DNA of 64,000 nucleotides from a virus: IMG/VR virus record IMGVR_UViG_3300043398_000057; one strand, 5' to 3'. Shown piece by piece: positions 63,953 to 64,000 of this stretch (position 1 is its first letter; each line of letters starts with the position of its first letter). The notes under the pieces were generated by a model. It saw only the letters and a program-made list of their open reading frames with translations, ran no database searches and was not told where the DNA came from. The position numbers and the translations under genes were made by a program.

Positions 63953-64000
63953 TCAGCCGAAGAAACTTGTAATGTCAGCGGCATCAGGGATGACAACACC
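63953..64000 (-). CDS. C-terminal end of the upstream gene, probably DNA polymerase gp43
   Basis: ..DAADITSFFG-TGA resembles the clamp-binding tail of gp43; synteny with uvsX; only 15 codons visible. Confidence 0.5.
   Translation of the reverse strand, partial: GVVIPDAADITSFFG

Overview
This window is part of a large T4-like (Tevenvirinae/cyanomyovirus-style) myophage genome. The + strand (1-48045) carries the virion module: gp4, gp2, a tail-tube-like baseplate gene, gp26, gp51, terminase, spanins, gp18-gp23, baseplate, tail fibres, a tape-measure candidate and gp13-gp16. The - strand (48042-64000) carries early accessory genes and replication genes: gp32, gp59, RNA ligase, regA, gp62, gp44, gp45, gp41, uvsX and probably the end of gp43. 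Main result: the phage does not use the standard genetic code. I count about 40 in-frame TAG codons inside otherwise intact genes, and every gene end I traced is TAA or TGA. The diagnostic TAGs sit at conserved leucines (RegA RET*TRIG, UvsX SG*TLIAG, TerL K*PRQ, and EN*NV versus ANLNV in an in-window paralog). TAG therefore appears to be reassigned to Leu (table-16-like), not to Gln as in the familiar code-15 phages. The supplied ORF track is fragmented for this reason, and coordinates below are re-called reading TAG as sense. Other highlights are a fractured terminase with an atypically split intein (37-aa IntN) around a free-standing endonuclease, a TAG-free early block driven by repeated hairpin-containing sigma70 promoters, a promoter-led palindrome-rich non-coding region after gp23, and a TAAGTA/TAAATA late-promoter motif. 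No tRNA, release factor or CRISPR array was found. All family assignments come from motif recognition by eye, not from database searches.
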